A DNA stretch of 64,000 nt from an uncultured Pseudomonadales bacterium (lineage in GTDB: Bacteria; Pseudomonadota; Gammaproteobacteria; Pseudomonadales; JAUIET01), in NCBI GenBank assembly GCA_964352475.1, contig CAYGSL010000008.1:8191-72190 (forward strand), in the 5' to 3' direction. The notes under the pieces were generated by a model. That model was not told the DNA's origin. It saw nothing but the letters and a program-made list of their open reading frames with translations, and searched no databases. Position numbers and translations under genes: made by a program. Below, piece by piece: positions 33,514-43,292 of this stretch. Position 1 is the first letter of the stretch. Every line of letters begins with the position of its first letter.

Positions 33514-35181
33514 ATGGATCTATTCAATAATATTCTACTCACGCTGGACGGCTTGCTTGGTGGCGCATTCTGGTTTCCTTATTTGCTGTTAGGTACCGGT
33601 CTGTTTTTTACGATTTACCTTGGCGTGCCCCAGGTTCGCTATTTCGGGCGCGCTTGGCGTGTGTTGCGAGGCGACAAGGATGCGCAGGGCGCAGAGGGTG
33701 ATACCAGTCATTATCAGGCCTTAACCACGGCCTTGTCAGGAACTGTCGGCACCGGCAATATTGGCGGAGTTGGCTTAGCCATATTTTTAGGCGGCCCCGC
33801 CGCTTTGTTCTGGATGTGGGCAACTGCGTTCTTTGGCATGACCACCAAGTTTGTTGAAGTCTCCCTGTCACACAAATATCGTGAGAAAACAGCTGACGGT
33901 ACAATGGCTGGCGGCCCAATGTACTTTATGGATAAAGGCTTAGGCTTCAAACCCATCGCCGTTTTGTTTGCGTTGGCAACGGTGCTTAGCTCATTTGGTT
34001 CCGGCAGCCTACCGCAGATAAACAATATTGCCCAGGCAATGAACGCAACTTTTGGCATTGACCCTATGGTCACAGGTGCTGTAGCCGCGGTCTGTTTGGC
34101 CCTGGTGATTATTGGCGGCATTCGCAGAATCGCGGTATTCACGGCGAGTATTGTCCCAACCATGGCTGTGTTGTATTTGATCGGCGCCTTAGGTGTCATT
34201 CTCGCTAATCTGGAAAACATAATCCCTTCGTTTGCTGCGGTGTTCAAAGATGCGTTTACCGGATCAGCGGCAACTGGTGGGTTTCTTGGCGCAACGTTTG
34301 CGTATGTGTTCAATCGTGGCGTCAACCGAGGCTTGTATTCCAATGAGGCAGGGCAGGGTTCTGCACCCATCGCTCATGCGTCCGCACGTACTACCGAGCC
34401 TGTATCTGAAGGTTTGGTGTCACTGCTGGAACCATTTATAGACACAATAATTATCTGCACCATCACAGGGCTGGTTATTCTGTCTTCCGGCGTCTGGACG
34501 GAGAAATTCGAAAACACTTTTCAACGTACTGACATGGTTATTGTGAAAGGTCACTTTGTGGAAGACTCCACCGAGGACCGCGATAGGCTATTTCGCTACC
34601 TCTCTGCGCTTGATGAACACGGCGTTGAACCCTATACGGGTTCTGTAACGGTTCAAGATGGAACGATTCAAAGCGCAGACGTGAGCGTGATCCATGCGCG
34701 TTCTATTGCGGAAAATGTTCGATTCAAAGCCGTGGACTCTGGAACAGGCGAATTAGTGCATTACAGCGGCGAGCTGCAACTGGATGAAGGCAAGCTCGCT
34801 GATAGCAAAATTGTTGTACAAGGGCGATCGCTGATTCATTCAGCGGCGCTTACCACTGAGGCATTTACGCGCGGTTTCTTTGGTGACTTTGGCAAGTATA
34901 TTGTAGCGATTGGGCTTATGTTATTTGCTTTCTCAACCTCTGTTTCCTGGTCTTACTATGGCGATAGGGCTATCAATTATTTGGTAGGTCAGCGTGGCGT
35001 ATTACCTTATAGAATTGTATTTGTGATTGCTTTCTTCTTTGCTGCTTTTTCTGACACCAGCTTGATCTGGAACATCGCGACCGTGACAGTAGTGCTAATG
35101 ACAATCCCTAACGTTATTTGTATTTTACTGATGCGTAAGGAAGTAAAAGAAATGGTGGATTCCTACATCGAGAGACACTAA
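33514..35181 (+). CDS. Alanine/glycine:cation symporter (AGCS family) with a hydrophilic insertion of about 100 aa
   Basis: Hallmark [50 protein letters not shown] and [19 protein letters not shown] 33514 (MDLFNN) is preferred over GTG 33493. Confidence 0.85.
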   Translation: MDLFNNILLTLDGLLGGAFWFPYLLLGTGLFFTIYLGVPQVRYFGRAWRVLRGDKDAQGAEGDTSHYQALTTALSGTVGTGNIGGVGLAIFLGGPAALFWMWATAFFGMTTKFVEVSLSHKYREKTADGTMAGGPMYFMDKGLGFKPIAVLFALATVLSSFGSGSLPQINNIAQAMNATFGIDPMVTGAVAAVCLALVIIGGIRRIAVFTASIVPTMAVLYLIGALGVILANLENIIPSFAAVFKDAFTGSAATGGFLGATFAYVFNRGVNRGLYSNEAGQGSAPIAHASARTTEPVSEGLVSLLEPFIDTIIICTITGLVILSSGVWTEKFENTFQRTDMVIVKGHFVEDSTEDRDRLFRYLSALDEHGVEPYTGSVTVQDGTIQSADVSVIHARSIAENVRFKAVDSGTGELVHYSGELQLDEGKLADSKIVVQGRSLIHSAALTTEAFTRGFFGDFGKYIVAIGLMLFAFSTSVSWSYYGDRAINYLVGQRGVLPYRIVFVIAFFFAAFSDTSLIWNIATVTVVLMTIPNVICILLMRKEVKEMVDSYIERH

Positions 35182-35838
35182 TTGGCTAAGGGAAACGATA
35201 ATACTGACTTGCGTGACGTTCGCCGCGAATATAAGGGTGAATCACTACGTAAGAGCGAGATGAACGATGACCCAGTAGTGGAGTTTGCCCAGTGGCTGTC
35301 ATTGGCAGCTGAATATCATCCGGTGGATTCAACGGCAATGGTTCTCGCAACCGCTGCGCCAGATGGCCAGCCTTCTATGCGCACAGTTTTGCTAAAGCAC
35401 TTCGATCAGCAGGGCTTTAGTTGGTATACAAATTCGTCTAGCGAGAAAGGCAGCCAGTTAGAGCTTAATCCCAAAGCCGCTCTGCAATTCTACTGGTCGG
35501 CAATGAGTCGTCAGATTCGAATATCAGGTACGGTTACACAACTGCCGCGAGCAATGGCGGAGGAATATTTCTATTCCAGGCCGGAAGGGGCGCGATTTTC
35601 GGCGGCTGCATCGCGGCAGAGCACAGTGGTTCAAACCCGGGAAGAACTCGAAAGCACGGTTGAGAATCTTCACAAGAAGTACAGTGACGGCAATGTGCCG
35701 TGTCCTGAAGACTGGTGTGGATATTGCCTGCTGCCGGTCAAAATAGAATTTTGGCAAGGCCGGGAAAATCGGCTGCATGATCGAATTGTGTATCAACGAG
35801 ACGGCAACTACTGGGCTAAGCAGCGCTTGGCGCCCTAG
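35182..35838 (+). CDS. pdxH: Pyridoxamine 5'-phosphate oxidase
   Basis: LRDVRREYKG, MVLATAAPDGQPSMRTVLLK and IEFWQGRENRLHDRIVY. Apparent TTG start at 35182. Confidence 0.9.
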   Translation: MAKGNDNTDLRDVRREYKGESLRKSEMNDDPVVEFAQWLSLAAEYHPVDSTAMVLATAAPDGQPSMRTVLLKHFDQQGFSWYTNSSSEKGSQLELNPKAALQFYWSAMSRQIRISGTVTQLPRAMAEEYFYSRPEGARFSAAASRQSTVVQTREELESTVENLHKKYSDGNVPCPEDWCGYCLLPVKIEFWQGRENRLHDRIVYQRDGNYWAKQRLAP

Positions 35839-36755
35839 CCGATTTCAGCGGCGAGAAACTCCATCGTGCGATTGTGTTCGTTATTGCCAAGATCAACTAA
35901 TGCGGCGTTGAAATCAGTTACGCCGGCATCTTTAAGGCTTTGCAATTGCAGTCTCACAGAAGCTTCGTCTCCCAATATAGCCACGTCCGCAGGACCATTC
36001 GCTCCTTCTCTATCCAGCATCGCCCGGTAAGAGGGCAATTCACCATACATCTTGAGCTGTTCACCGATTTGGGCTTTTGCGCCATCAATGTCTGACGTTA
36101 ATGCGATAGGCAGTCCGCAAACTACACGAGCCTGCGGCTTGCCAGCCTGGTCGGCGGCGGCATTAATGCTGGGTGCTATATGCTCAGCAATGGTTTTTGT
36201 GCCAGTCATCCAGGTGATGGTGCCGTCGGCCATGGTGCCGGCGAGCTTGAGCATTGCGGGTCCGAGAGCGGCAACAATCAACGGCACGCTTTTCGCGCCA
36301 TCGACTCTTATGCCCACGTGGGCTGTGTATTGCTCACCTACAAAACTGGCTGATTCGCAGCGCAGTAACGGGGCGAGAATGGACAGATATTCGCGCATAT
36401 GCCGCGCAGGTTTGTCATACGACATACCCAACATATCCTCAATCACCAATTTGTGAGACAAGCCAATACCTAGGGAAAAACGATTATTACTGGCAGCCGC
36501 TGCCGTCAAGGCCTGTTGGGCAATAGCGGTTGGATGACGCGGGTAAGTGGGCGTTACTGCCGTGCCCAGTTCTATGCGCTCTGTTTCCCAGCCAGCGATG
36601 GACAAGGTGTTGATTGCGTCAGGGCCAAATATGTTGGCCATCCAGACTGAATCAAAACCCATATTTTCTGCGTTTTTGGTGAATTCTACGAGATCTGCAA
36701 CACCGCTTCCGAATGCGCTGGTCGCACCTGCCATTATGCCAACTTTCATACTCAA
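35835..36755 (-). CDS. Luciferase-like monooxygenase (LLM) class flavin/deazaflavin-dependent oxidoreductase
   Basis: GFDSVWMANIFG, FSLGIGLSH and TIM-barrel LLM-type composition. Its stop shares CTAG with the pdxH stop. Confidence 0.75.
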   Translation of the reverse strand: MSMKVGIMAGATSAFGSGVADLVEFTKNAENMGFDSVWMANIFGPDAINTLSIAGWETERIELGTAVTPTYPRHPTAIAQQALTAAAASNNRFSLGIGLSHKLVIEDMLGMSYDKPARHMREYLSILAPLLRCESASFVGEQYTAHVGIRVDGAKSVPLIVAALGPAMLKLAGTMADGTITWMTGTKTIAEHIAPSINAAADQAGKPQARVVCGLPIALTSDIDGAKAQIGEQLKMYGELPSYRAMLDREGANGPADVAILGDEASVRLQLQSLKDAGVTDFNAALVDLGNNEHNRTMEFLAAEIG

Positions 36756-36923
36756 ATCTCTTCATCAGACGGTAGCTATTGACATCCATTGTGCCATAAG
36801 TATGCTGGCATCGCTAGCAGATGACGTGCCCGGTGGTATGCCAGAAACATTATCTACTAGCACGTCAGCCGCCGCGCCACAGCGACTTGCTGATGTTTTC
36901 TTTTTCATAGGCAGGAGAGTTTC

Positions 36924-38102
36924 TTGGATACCAATTTCTCGGCAGAGGACCTTGCGTTCAGGCAGCAAGTAGAACAGTTTTACGATGAAAATTTTAATGA
37001 CGAGTTGGTCAGTCGCCTGCTGGACAGAAAGCAGTTTAAAACAGCGATTATAGATTGGCAGCAGCGCCTGTATCGCCAGGGCTGGATTGCACCCGGTTGG
37101 CCCCAGGAGTTTGGTGGCACAGGTTGGACCTTGACCCAGAAATTCATCTTCGAAGACGTACGCGCATCACGCGGTGCGCCAGATGTTATTCCATTCGGTC
37201 TGGTCATGGTTGGACCGGTGATATACACCTTTGGTAATGACGAGCAAAAAGAGCGGTTCTTACCACGAATACTGAAAAGTGAAGATTGGTGGTGTCAGGG
37301 CTACTCGGAACCGGGTGCAGGGTCCGACCTTGCTGCCTTGCAAACTCGCGCTGAGCGTGATGGTGAAGACTACGTGGTAAACGGCGCGAAAATCTGGACT
37401 ACTTACGCGCAATACGCGGATTGGATTTTCTGCCTGGTTAGAACAAGCAATGAAGGCAAGAAGCAGCAAGGTATTTCATTCTTGCTGATTGACATGAAAA
37501 CGCCGGGAATCACGGTTAACCCTATCCCCACCATTGATGGTATGCACTCCTTAAACGAAGTGCAATTCGACAACGTGCGAGTTCCCGTCGCCAATTTGAT
37601 TGGTGAAGAGAACAAGGGTTGGACGTATGCGAAGGCTCTGTTAGAACATGAAAGAACCTCTATTGCTGGTGTGGGTGATTCCAAGAAGAAAATAGCAACG
37701 ATTCGCGAACAAGCGGGTCGTGAGCAGTCAAATGGCGCGCCGTTGATTGACGACCCAATGTTCAGCTCTCGCATTGCGGCTATAGAAATCGACTTGATGG
37801 CGCTGGAATACCTGGAGCTCAGATCGTTGGCTTCTGCGGCCGATGGCAAAGGACCTGGTACTGAATCATCATTACTGAAACTGCGGGGCACCGAAATTCG
37901 CCAGGCGCTGGACGAGCTGCATATGGACCTTGCCGGTTACTACTCGGGAACTGAGCTTGGGGAGCAAATCACCAACGAAGTTGGTCATGACTTTGCCGAC
38001 AGCGCGCGCAATTCCTTTATGTACGGACGAGCCGCCACAATATTTGGTGGTTCAAACGAAGTGCAACGAAATATCACTGCCAAGTATGTATTGGGGCTGT
38101 AG
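36924..38102 (+). CDS. Acyl-CoA dehydrogenase, catalytic-type subunit
   Basis: TTG start after [41 protein letters not shown] and C-terminal FGGSNEVQRNITAKYVLGL. Confidence 0.85.
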   Translation: MDTNFSAEDLAFRQQVEQFYDENFNDELVSRLLDRKQFKTAIIDWQQRLYRQGWIAPGWPQEFGGTGWTLTQKFIFEDVRASRGAPDVIPFGLVMVGPVIYTFGNDEQKERFLPRILKSEDWWCQGYSEPGAGSDLAALQTRAERDGEDYVVNGAKIWTTYAQYADWIFCLVRTSNEGKKQQGISFLLIDMKTPGITVNPIPTIDGMHSLNEVQFDNVRVPVANLIGEENKGWTYAKALLEHERTSIAGVGDSKKKIATIREQAGREQSNGAPLIDDPMFSSRIAAIEIDLMALEYLELRSLASAADGKGPGTESSLLKLRGTEIRQALDELHMDLAGYYSGTELGEQITNEVGHDFADSARNSFMYGRAATIFGGSNEVQRNITAKYVLGL

Positions 38103-38104
38103 AC

Positions 38105-39256
38105 ATGGATTTTAAATTAACTGACGAACAGAATATTCTCAAAGACAGCGTTACAAAATTTGTAGCTGATAACTATGAGCTTGAATCCCGCCGCAAATAC
38201 CTGCAAGAGGAGCATGCTTTTAGCGCGGAAAATTGGCAGCAGTTTGCGGAACTTGGTTGGCTGTCAGTGCCATTCAGCGAAGAGCTGGGCGGATTCGGTG
38301 GCAGCGCCGTTGACCTGATGGTTTTGCTTGAAGAGATGGGCAAAGGACTTGTTGTTGAGCCATATCTAGCGACTGTTTTACTCTTTGGTGGAGCGCTTGC
38401 TGAAGGAGCGAACAAAGAACTGCAGCAAAGCCTAATACCGGAAATTATCGATGGCAGTGTGCAGGGTGCGCTAGCTTATCATGAAAGAGACAGTCGCTAC
38501 TGCATGTTTGATGTGTCAACCAGCGCAGAGAAAAGCGCTGATGGTTTCGTCTTGAACGGAGAGAAAACGGTTGTTTATAACGGTATGGCCGCTGATAAAC
38601 TGATTGTTTCTGCTAGAACATCGGGTGAACGGCGCGATGAAAGTGGCGTTAGTCTGTTTCTGGTGGACGCCTCTGCAGAGGGCTTAACACGTACTGGCTA
38701 TACCATGATGGATGGTCAGCGAGTTGCCAATGTAAGCTTGTCGAATGTTTCCGTGAGCGCTGATCAACTGGTCAGTGAGCTTGATGCCGGTCTTGCCGTT
38801 CTGGATGCTTTGAGCACCAATGCCCTGGTGGCGCTGGCCGCCGAGGCGCAGGGACTGATGCAAGTGCTTTACGAATCAACTGTTGAATACAGCAAGACTC
38901 GAGAGCAATTCTCTGTACCCATTGGCTCCTTCCAGGTTTTGCAGCACCGCATGGTGGATATGTTTGGCGCTTGCGAATTGCACCGGTCCCTGCTTTATCG
39001 AGCGGTTTGTTCAATTGATGAGGATGACGTAAACAAGGACGCTTTAGACGTTGCTAAAAATATGCACGCGTTGAAAACCACGGTGGGCCGGGCAGGCAAG
39101 CAAATCGGTGCTGAGGCCATTCAGATCCATGGTGGCATGGGCATGACTGATGAATTGGCCATTGGGCATTATGTGAAGCGTTTGATGATGATAAATACTT
39201 GTCTGGGCGACGCAGATCACCACCAGCGGCTGTTCGCTGAATTGGCCAGCACTTAG
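38105..39256 (+). CDS. Acyl-CoA dehydrogenase family protein, probable non-catalytic partner subunit
   Basis: Starts 2 nt after the upstream stop. GWLSVPFSEELGGFGG and IHGGMGMTDE. The C-terminus has LGDADHHQRLF instead of the GG[ST]xE motif. Confidence 0.8.
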   Translation: MDFKLTDEQNILKDSVTKFVADNYELESRRKYLQEEHAFSAENWQQFAELGWLSVPFSEELGGFGGSAVDLMVLLEEMGKGLVVEPYLATVLLFGGALAEGANKELQQSLIPEIIDGSVQGALAYHERDSRYCMFDVSTSAEKSADGFVLNGEKTVVYNGMAADKLIVSARTSGERRDESGVSLFLVDASAEGLTRTGYTMMDGQRVANVSLSNVSVSADQLVSELDAGLAVLDALSTNALVALAAEAQGLMQVLYESTVEYSKTREQFSVPIGSFQVLQHRMVDMFGACELHRSLLYRAVCSIDEDDVNKDALDVAKNMHALKTTVGRAGKQIGAEAIQIHGGMGMTDELAIGHYVKRLMMINTCLGDADHHQRLFAELAST

Positions 39257-39298
39257 TTGGTATAATCAGGTTCACCCCAACCGCGCGAGGAGAATGCG

Positions 39299-40057
39299 AT
39301 GAGTGCCGATCGATTTGCTGGGAAGGTCGCGTTAATCACAGGTGCCGCATCTGGTATCGGTCAGGAAACCGCTATTTTACTGGCGTCACAAGGTGCCGAT
39401 GTATACCTTGCCGACATCAATCAAGCGGGCTTGATTGACACCAAGCAGCGTATTGAAGAGCAAAAAGGCAGCTGCGATTCCACTGTATTTAACGCGATGG
39501 AAGAAACAGATTGTGTCCGCATAGTGTCCGAATGCGTTCAGCGCTTCGGTAAACTGGACATTCTCGGCAACATTGCCGGTATTGTGAGCATGTACCACCT
39601 TGCTGAAATTACGTCAGATATCTGGGACCGTTTTATGCGCATTAATCTAAATGCGCCCATGTATTTGTGCCGTGAGGCCATGCCACATTTATTGGAAACC
39701 GAGGGGTGTATAGTAAACATCTCATCAACCGCCGGTGTTGGCGGACAAGCGTACAATACGCCTTATGTGGCAAGCAAGCATGGACTTCTGGGTTTAACCA
39801 AAAGCCTAGCATTGGAGTTTGCCAAGCGTAACGTTAGAGTTAACGCAATATGCCCTGGTGGCGTCACCACACCACTTAACGACACCATTCGATGGCCAGA
39901 GAATATCGATGAAGCACTGGTACAACGGTTGTTTCCGGAGATGGATAGAATGGCGACACCGCAGCAGATTGCAGCTATTTTTGCGTTTTTGTGTTCAGAA
40001 GATGCACAGTTCGTCACTGGCGCCGGATGGCTCGTTGATGGTGGTCAAACAATTTAA
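39299..40057 (+). CDS. Short-chain dehydrogenase/reductase (SDR)
   Basis: VALITGAASGIGQE, NISS and YVASKHGLLGLTK (YxxxK). Confidence 0.9.
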   Translation: MSADRFAGKVALITGAASGIGQETAILLASQGADVYLADINQAGLIDTKQRIEEQKGSCDSTVFNAMEETDCVRIVSECVQRFGKLDILGNIAGIVSMYHLAEITSDIWDRFMRINLNAPMYLCREAMPHLLETEGCIVNISSTAGVGGQAYNTPYVASKHGLLGLTKSLALEFAKRNVRVNAICPGGVTTPLNDTIRWPENIDEALVQRLFPEMDRMATPQQIAAIFAFLCSEDAQFVTGAGWLVDGGQTI

Positions 40058-40081
40058 CGGAGTTGCCCTTAACAACAGGAT

Positions 40082-41089
40082 ATGAGTATGAGTCATCGAA
40101 AACGCATTGCACTGTCTTTGCCAGCCCCAACCGGGTCAGTTGCCGACACTATCGCCATGGCGCAACAGGCCGAGGCCATGGGCTATGACGACTTGTGGTT
40201 GGCCGATGCAGGCGGGCTGGACGCGCTGACGCTGGTGCCCATGCTATTGGAAAAAACTGAAAAGGTACGCGTAGGAATTGCCGTGGTTCCTGCTTACACA
40301 CGTACGCCGGCCGTTCTTGCCAGCACTTTTGCGGTGATCGAACAGGCTTATCCAGGCCGGTTTGTGCCTGGCCTGGGAACGTCCAGCCAGACCATTATCG
40401 AACGTTGGCATGGACTCGCATTGGAAAAACCACTGACACGCATGAAAGAAACTGTTGCTTTGCTAAGATCGATGATGGCCGGTGAGAAAACCGCGTTTGA
40501 CGGCGAGACACTGCGCAGTAAGGGCTATGTTCAGCTTCCCACTGAACCGCAGATGCCAATATACCTGGCAGGTTTGCGATCAAAAATGGTAGAAGCGGCC
40601 GCTGAAGTATCAGACGGTGTCATTCTGAATCTATTCCCACAGAGTGCTTTGCCTCGAATTATTGAGCACGTTGGTATAGGTGCCGAGCGTGGTGGAAAAA
40701 AGCTTGAAGACGTTGAAGTGGTATGCCGTCATATGATGGTGGTCACTGATGATAAAGACATGGCGCGCATGGCGTTTCGTGGTGCTTTCGTGAGCTACTA
40801 CGCCACACCGGTGTACAACAAATTTCTGGAGTGGTGTGGTTTTGCTGATGCCGCTGCAGAAATTCGGGAAGGTTGGGCGGCAAAAGACCGTGAGCGCACC
40901 GCGGCGGCGCTGCCCGACGAGTTGGTCGATGAAATTGCGATTATTGGTACTGCTGATGAATGCAGGGAACAGATCAAGCAATACGCAGATGGCGGAATCC
41001 ATACCAATATTGTTTCGTGCATTTATCCGACGCCGGAAGTAATGGAGGCTACCTTTGGTGCCTTTTCCAAAGACAAATTCAGCTTTTGA
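40082..41089 (+). CDS. LLM-class flavin-dependent oxidoreductase
   Basis: GYDDLWLADAGG and FVPGLGTSS, with LLM-type composition throughout. Confidence 0.75.
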   Translation: MSMSHRKRIALSLPAPTGSVADTIAMAQQAEAMGYDDLWLADAGGLDALTLVPMLLEKTEKVRVGIAVVPAYTRTPAVLASTFAVIEQAYPGRFVPGLGTSSQTIIERWHGLALEKPLTRMKETVALLRSMMAGEKTAFDGETLRSKGYVQLPTEPQMPIYLAGLRSKMVEAAAEVSDGVILNLFPQSALPRIIEHVGIGAERGGKKLEDVEVVCRHMMVVTDDKDMARMAFRGAFVSYYATPVYNKFLEWCGFADAAAEIREGWAAKDRERTAAALPDELVDEIAIIGTADECREQIKQYADGGIHTNIVSCIYPTPEVMEATFGAFSKDKFSF

Positions 41090-41097
41090 GTCACGCC

Positions 41098-42381
41098 ATG
41101 TATAGATTGATTACGAATAGTATTGGCACCTTACTCTTGTGCGCGGTGTTTTCTACAGAAGTTAATGCTGATGCTCTCAAAATGGTAAAGCCAGAGTCGG
41201 TAGGCGTTTCCAGTGTGGCGCTAAATCGTATTAACCAGTTTACCAGAGAGAATATTGACTCAGGCAAGCATGTAGGTTTTGTGTCTATGGTGGCACGCCA
41301 CGGTAAGATCGTGCATTTCGAAGCCAGTGGAAAAATGGGCTTGGACAACGATGCGCCGATCAGAAAAGACACGCTGTTTCGTATCTATTCGATGACCAAA
41401 CCGGTTACAACCGTGGCCGCAATGATGCTGTACGAAGAAGGGCGCTTCCAGCTTTCGGATCCAATCTCCAAATACATGCCGGAATTCAAAGATCTCCAGG
41501 TGTTTAATGAAAACGGTATGCAACCGGCGCAAAGCGAGATTACTGTCGAGCAGCTAATGACCCATACGGCCGGTTTCAGCTATGGGTTCGATAACATTCA
41601 CCCGGTCAACAAATTGTATAACTCAAACGCTCTCTTTGCAGCGACTGATCTGACGGATTTTACCCAGCGTCTTGCCAAGTTGCCGCTACGTTTTGAACCC
41701 GGTACACGTTACTACTACAGCGTGGCGACAGACGTGCTGGGCGCCCTGGTGGAGCGTGTTAGTGGGCAGACCCTGGACGCGTTTTTCCAGCAACGAATCT
41801 TTGCTCCGCTGGGCATGACCGATACCTTCTTCTCCGTGCCTGCCGAGAAGCTGGACCGATTGGCGACCAATCATGTTTGGGATTACGCAAACAATGAGAT
41901 AGCACTTGTGCCGCCGGAGCGCAGACGATCATACAAAAATGTCAGCTTGTTTTCCGGCGGCGGTGGCCTGGTCTCTACGGCCATGGATTATATGAGATTC
42001 TGTGAAATGCTAAGAGCTGGCGGCAGTTATAACGGTGCGCGCCTGTTGGGGCCTAAGACGGTGCAATACATGTCTATGAATCAGTTATCGGACCAGGTGC
42101 GCAATGAAGGTGCGGATGAATACCCCGCCATGCACTTGTATCCGGGCCAGTCATTTGGTCTGGGCTTTGGTGTTATCACTAACCCTGGCTTGAGTCAGGT
42201 AGTGTCAAGCAAAGGCGAGTATTCCTGGGGAGGTGCGGCTGATACGAAATTCTGGATTGATCCCGAAGAAGACCTGGTTGCAATATTAATGACCCAACTT
42301 TTACGTGCGCCTTGGGAAACACGATATCAAATGAAAGTTGCAACGTATCAGGCCCTGGAACGATTGGGTGCACAACAATAA
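41098..42381 (+). CDS. Secreted serine hydrolase of the beta-lactamase/esterase (class C-like) family
   Basis: ATG 41098 gives the signal peptide MYRLITNSIGTLLLCAVFSTEVNA. SxxK motif in FRIYSMTKPVT, plus YSV.. and WGGAADT motifs. The ORF-track start 40960 overlaps the upstream gene and is rejected. Confidence 0.8.
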   Translation: MYRLITNSIGTLLLCAVFSTEVNADALKMVKPESVGVSSVALNRINQFTRENIDSGKHVGFVSMVARHGKIVHFEASGKMGLDNDAPIRKDTLFRIYSMTKPVTTVAAMMLYEEGRFQLSDPISKYMPEFKDLQVFNENGMQPAQSEITVEQLMTHTAGFSYGFDNIHPVNKLYNSNALFAATDLTDFTQRLAKLPLRFEPGTRYYYSVATDVLGALVERVSGQTLDAFFQQRIFAPLGMTDTFFSVPAEKLDRLATNHVWDYANNEIALVPPERRRSYKNVSLFSGGGGLVSTAMDYMRFCEMLRAGGSYNGARLLGPKTVQYMSMNQLSDQVRNEGADEYPAMHLYPGQSFGLGFGVITNPGLSQVVSSKGEYSWGGAADTKFWIDPEEDLVAILMTQLLRAPWETRYQMKVATYQALERLGAQQ

Positions 42382-42396
42382 CAGCGAGACAGTGTA

Positions 42397-43287
42397 ATGA
42401 ATGCAATCAATAAACTGTATGTGGGTCTGATTTTGGCATCATTAGTGGCCTGTGGTTCTGCGCCAAGAACTTCCCTGGAAGACGTGGCCGACAATGGCGG
42501 TGCCGAAGAGTTCATTGCGAATGCATATGCCAAGGCCAAGGCCAAGGTGCAACCGCGCGACCTGGCCAGCATTAATGCTGAATTGCGGCCATATGATCGT
42601 GTTTATAGGCCAGTAGGTGCGGGACAATTTCCGGTCGTATTGTTCTTTCACGGCTGCAGCGGAGCTACCGTATCGCACGAGGAAGATTGGGCAGCATTTT
42701 ATAATGGAATCGGCGTTGCCGTGATAGCCGTCGACAGTTACACGGGCAGAGGCATTAAGTGGGAGGACTCCTGCGATCTAAAAGTTATGACGCCCTGGCA
42801 ACGTGCCGCCGATGTGCTGGCAACGATTGAGTTTGCGAAGAGGCAAGACTACGTAGATGCCAATCAAATCATTCTTATGGGATTTTCGCATGGCGCAATA
42901 ACCGTATGGACGACGCAGGTATTTGCTTCTACCAAGGCCACACCGTTAGGTTTGGATGTTTGGCCTGAAGGCGTTATGGATGGTGTACAGCTTAGCCTTC
43001 CTTTTTACGGCAGCTGCGTAGGAAAATGGACGCTGCCATTGCGAACCATCGCGTTCATGGCTGAAGACGATCGATATGTTGATGAGCAGTCTTGTATTGA
43101 TTTCGCAGAGCAAAATACCGACTTGGCGGAACATTTCAGTTACAAGATATTTGCGGGTGCGACCCATACCTTCGATCATGCCCGGCCGAATGCGTCAAAT
43201 GTTGAAGCTGGCTCAGTTTACGACGCGGCTGCCACCGCTGAGGCACAGGCAATGATATCCGCTGAGATTCAGGCTTTCGACAAATGA
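42397..43287 (+). CDS. Dienelactone-hydrolase-like alpha/beta hydrolase lipoprotein
   Basis: Lipobox LILASLVAC-GS. VVLFFHGCSG, nucleophile elbow GFSHGA and a late HTFDH His. Confidence 0.7.
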   Translation: MNAINKLYVGLILASLVACGSAPRTSLEDVADNGGAEEFIANAYAKAKAKVQPRDLASINAELRPYDRVYRPVGAGQFPVVLFFHGCSGATVSHEEDWAAFYNGIGVAVIAVDSYTGRGIKWEDSCDLKVMTPWQRAADVLATIEFAKRQDYVDANQIILMGFSHGAITVWTTQVFASTKATPLGLDVWPEGVMDGVQLSLPFYGSCVGKWTLPLRTIAFMAEDDRYVDEQSCIDFAEQNTDLAEHFSYKIFAGATHTFDHARPNASNVEAGSVYDAAATAEAQAMISAEIQAFDK

Positions 43288-43292
43288 AAATA

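Noticed and set aside
35835-41089. Calling the two LLM oxidoreductases F420-dependent and inferring F420 metabolism
   Set aside because: LLM-fold proteins cannot be assigned to FMN versus F420 from sequence inspection alone. No F420 biosynthesis genes are visible in the window.
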